Source of the DNA: Coniocarpon cinnabarinum
Lineage: Eukaryota
DNA: 22,170 nucleotides
Assembly: GCA_051942205.1 (NCBI GenBank)
Contig: JAVECO010000100.1
Span: 62,001 to 84,170, forward strand
Reading direction: 5' to 3'
Part shown: positions 20,612 to 22,170 of the stretch, in pieces
Layout of the letters: every line of letters begins with the position of its first letter
Position numbering within the stretch: position 1 is the stretch's first letter
Program-made: the position numbers and the translations under genes
The notes under the pieces: model-generated
Databases searched by the model: none
Told to the model about the DNA's origin: nothing
Seen by the model: the letters and a program-made list of their open reading frames with translations, nothing else

Positions 20612-21958
20612 TGATCATCAGTATGTGCGACGTGCATAGTTTTGGACGATGGACATGGCCAACCTTTCTGGAGGTTGGAGTTTCGCCAGAAGCGCTGAGT
20701 CGCCGAATACCATGATGTGCCATCAAGGGAAGAGCGGTTTGCACTGTTGCGATGACGAGTCTTCGAGCGTTCTATTCGATTCGACCCATGTGAATAGCAT
20801 TTTCCGAGTGCACAAGACATGAGATGTATTCAGATGCAGTCATTCGTAATATTGTACTTGCACACTGAGATGCACTCGCCTCGGGGGTCACGCAGCATCA
20901 GTCTTTGAGCAACTCCTCTTTTTGGTTTGCGGTTTCCAAGAATTCTCATTCGCTGTTCGCGATACATCAGAAGCATACCTATCTCTGTTTCCTTGCCGGA
21001 GAAATGACTGACGCCCAAGACTTCCTCGCGTCGCAGCAAGACCATGATACTGTTCAAAGTCGATACTCCATCAAGTCCCAGCAGCTTCGCGCTGCTCACG
21101 CCTTCGATGAACGGTGGTAGGACAGTGTGTTGGCGCCATGGTAGAAGGCCGTCCGGATGTATTTTCGTGCAGCATCTTGTCGCCCTCTGGAGGAAGATGA
21201 TTTTGGTCAGAGCGAGGTCGCGAAGTGAAGTGAGGCGACTGCGTTGGCCACGGACGACTTCGTGAGTCGTGGTCGAAATGTAAGCCAGGTCCTTCGCGTC
21301 CACGTGCTCACCTGCTGCCACGACGCCGCCTATGAAATGCAGTTGAGGGAGCTTCGCACGCTGTAGTGCTTGCGCTCAATATCGGTGTAGATGAAGATTA
21401 TGGCGGGACAGTTCATTTCGTCTCGCGGCTGGCACGTCTCTTGAAGCTGTGGCATGGAGTACGGACAGTCGCTTTTCTCTCGACGCTGGATCCAATGGCT
21501 GTGGTGGTGATTAGGAAGGGTTCTTATATGGTGTTGGCCATCTCCCACAGGTCAACGTGTTGCGCTCGTCGTTTTGCACCGAGTAGCGGTCAGTGTAATT
21601 TCGCGGACCTGAGAATACGGCCAAATGCGGCGCCAGCTCATCGGTACCTGGCATTAGCAGCAAAGCGTAGACGCACGAAAAAAAAGCCCCCAACGAAGAA
21701 GGCCCACAGTGCTGCGACGCCGGAGCGTCGTGTCGTGATCAGTGGCAGGCAGTGAAGAGGGCGGTGTCCATCTCCCCGTCGCCACCCCTACAACGCCGGT
21801 TCCCGAACGGCAATGCGATGAAGCAAGGCAACAGAGAGCGAGACGGAGCGGTATGCACGAGGTGGCGGGCTACTATTGCGCATGCGAGAAGGAGTGGGTA
21901 CGAGTGCACGAGAGCGACCGGCGATGACGTGCCGTGGAAGGATCATCTGACGTGAGCA

Positions 21959-21996
21959 GTAGGCAGGCAGGTAGGTGGGTAGGTAGGTAGGTAGGT
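21959..21996. repeat. Imperfect tetranucleotide microsatellite (GTAG/GCAG)n
   Basis: gtaggcaggcaggtaggtgggtaggtaggtaggtaggt, about 9 units. Confidence 0.85.
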
Positions 21997-22170
21997 TTCT
22001 ATAGTGGAGGCACGGAGGCTGGAGGTGAGCGGCCAGGACATCCATGGTCAGGTATCCAGGCGCGAGAGAGAGCGTGGTCAGGTGCTTGCCTTGTGCTGGG
22101 TAGATACGTCGCTACGTCGCCACGAACAGAGGTCCACAGGGCCGGTGGGCGGTGGGCAGCGGGCAGTGGA

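Noticed and set aside
21606..21660. CTGAGAATACGGC resembling the start of a fungal TPP riboswitch core
   Set aside because: Lacks the downstream ACTTGAT..GGATAATACCAGCGAAAG elements, and no thiamine gene is adjacent.
21788..22045. 85-aa ORF with LPTY repeats
   Set aside because: The repeats are simply the translation of the (CTAC)n microsatellite.

Overview
Gene-dense eukaryotic DNA from a filamentous ascomycete (Pezizomycotina-like, inferred from protein style and short 50-70 nt GT..CTRAY..AG introns). It holds a block of conserved housekeeping genes: a HIRIP3-like chromatin protein (-), COG6 (+), a spliced BolA/BOL2(FRA2) gene (-) missed by the ORF track, NIF3 (-), SUA5 (-), the PMR1 Ca2+/Mn2+ P-type ATPase (-) and the cohesin kleisin RAD21 (+). 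There is also a three-exon secreted IgE-binding-protein-like gene and several orphan ORFs. The most notable points are: BOL2-NIF3 and SUA5-PMR1 appear to be neighbours here as in S. cerevisiae; the COG6 and BOL2 coding sequences overlap tail-to-tail, with a strong hairpin just after the COG6 stop; NIF3 and SUA5 both show dual-ATG (mitochondrial/cytosolic) architecture; and there are splice signals for unannotated transcripts in intergenic DNA. I found no tRNA, rRNA, transposon or CRISPR. All family assignments are from motif recognition, not database searches.
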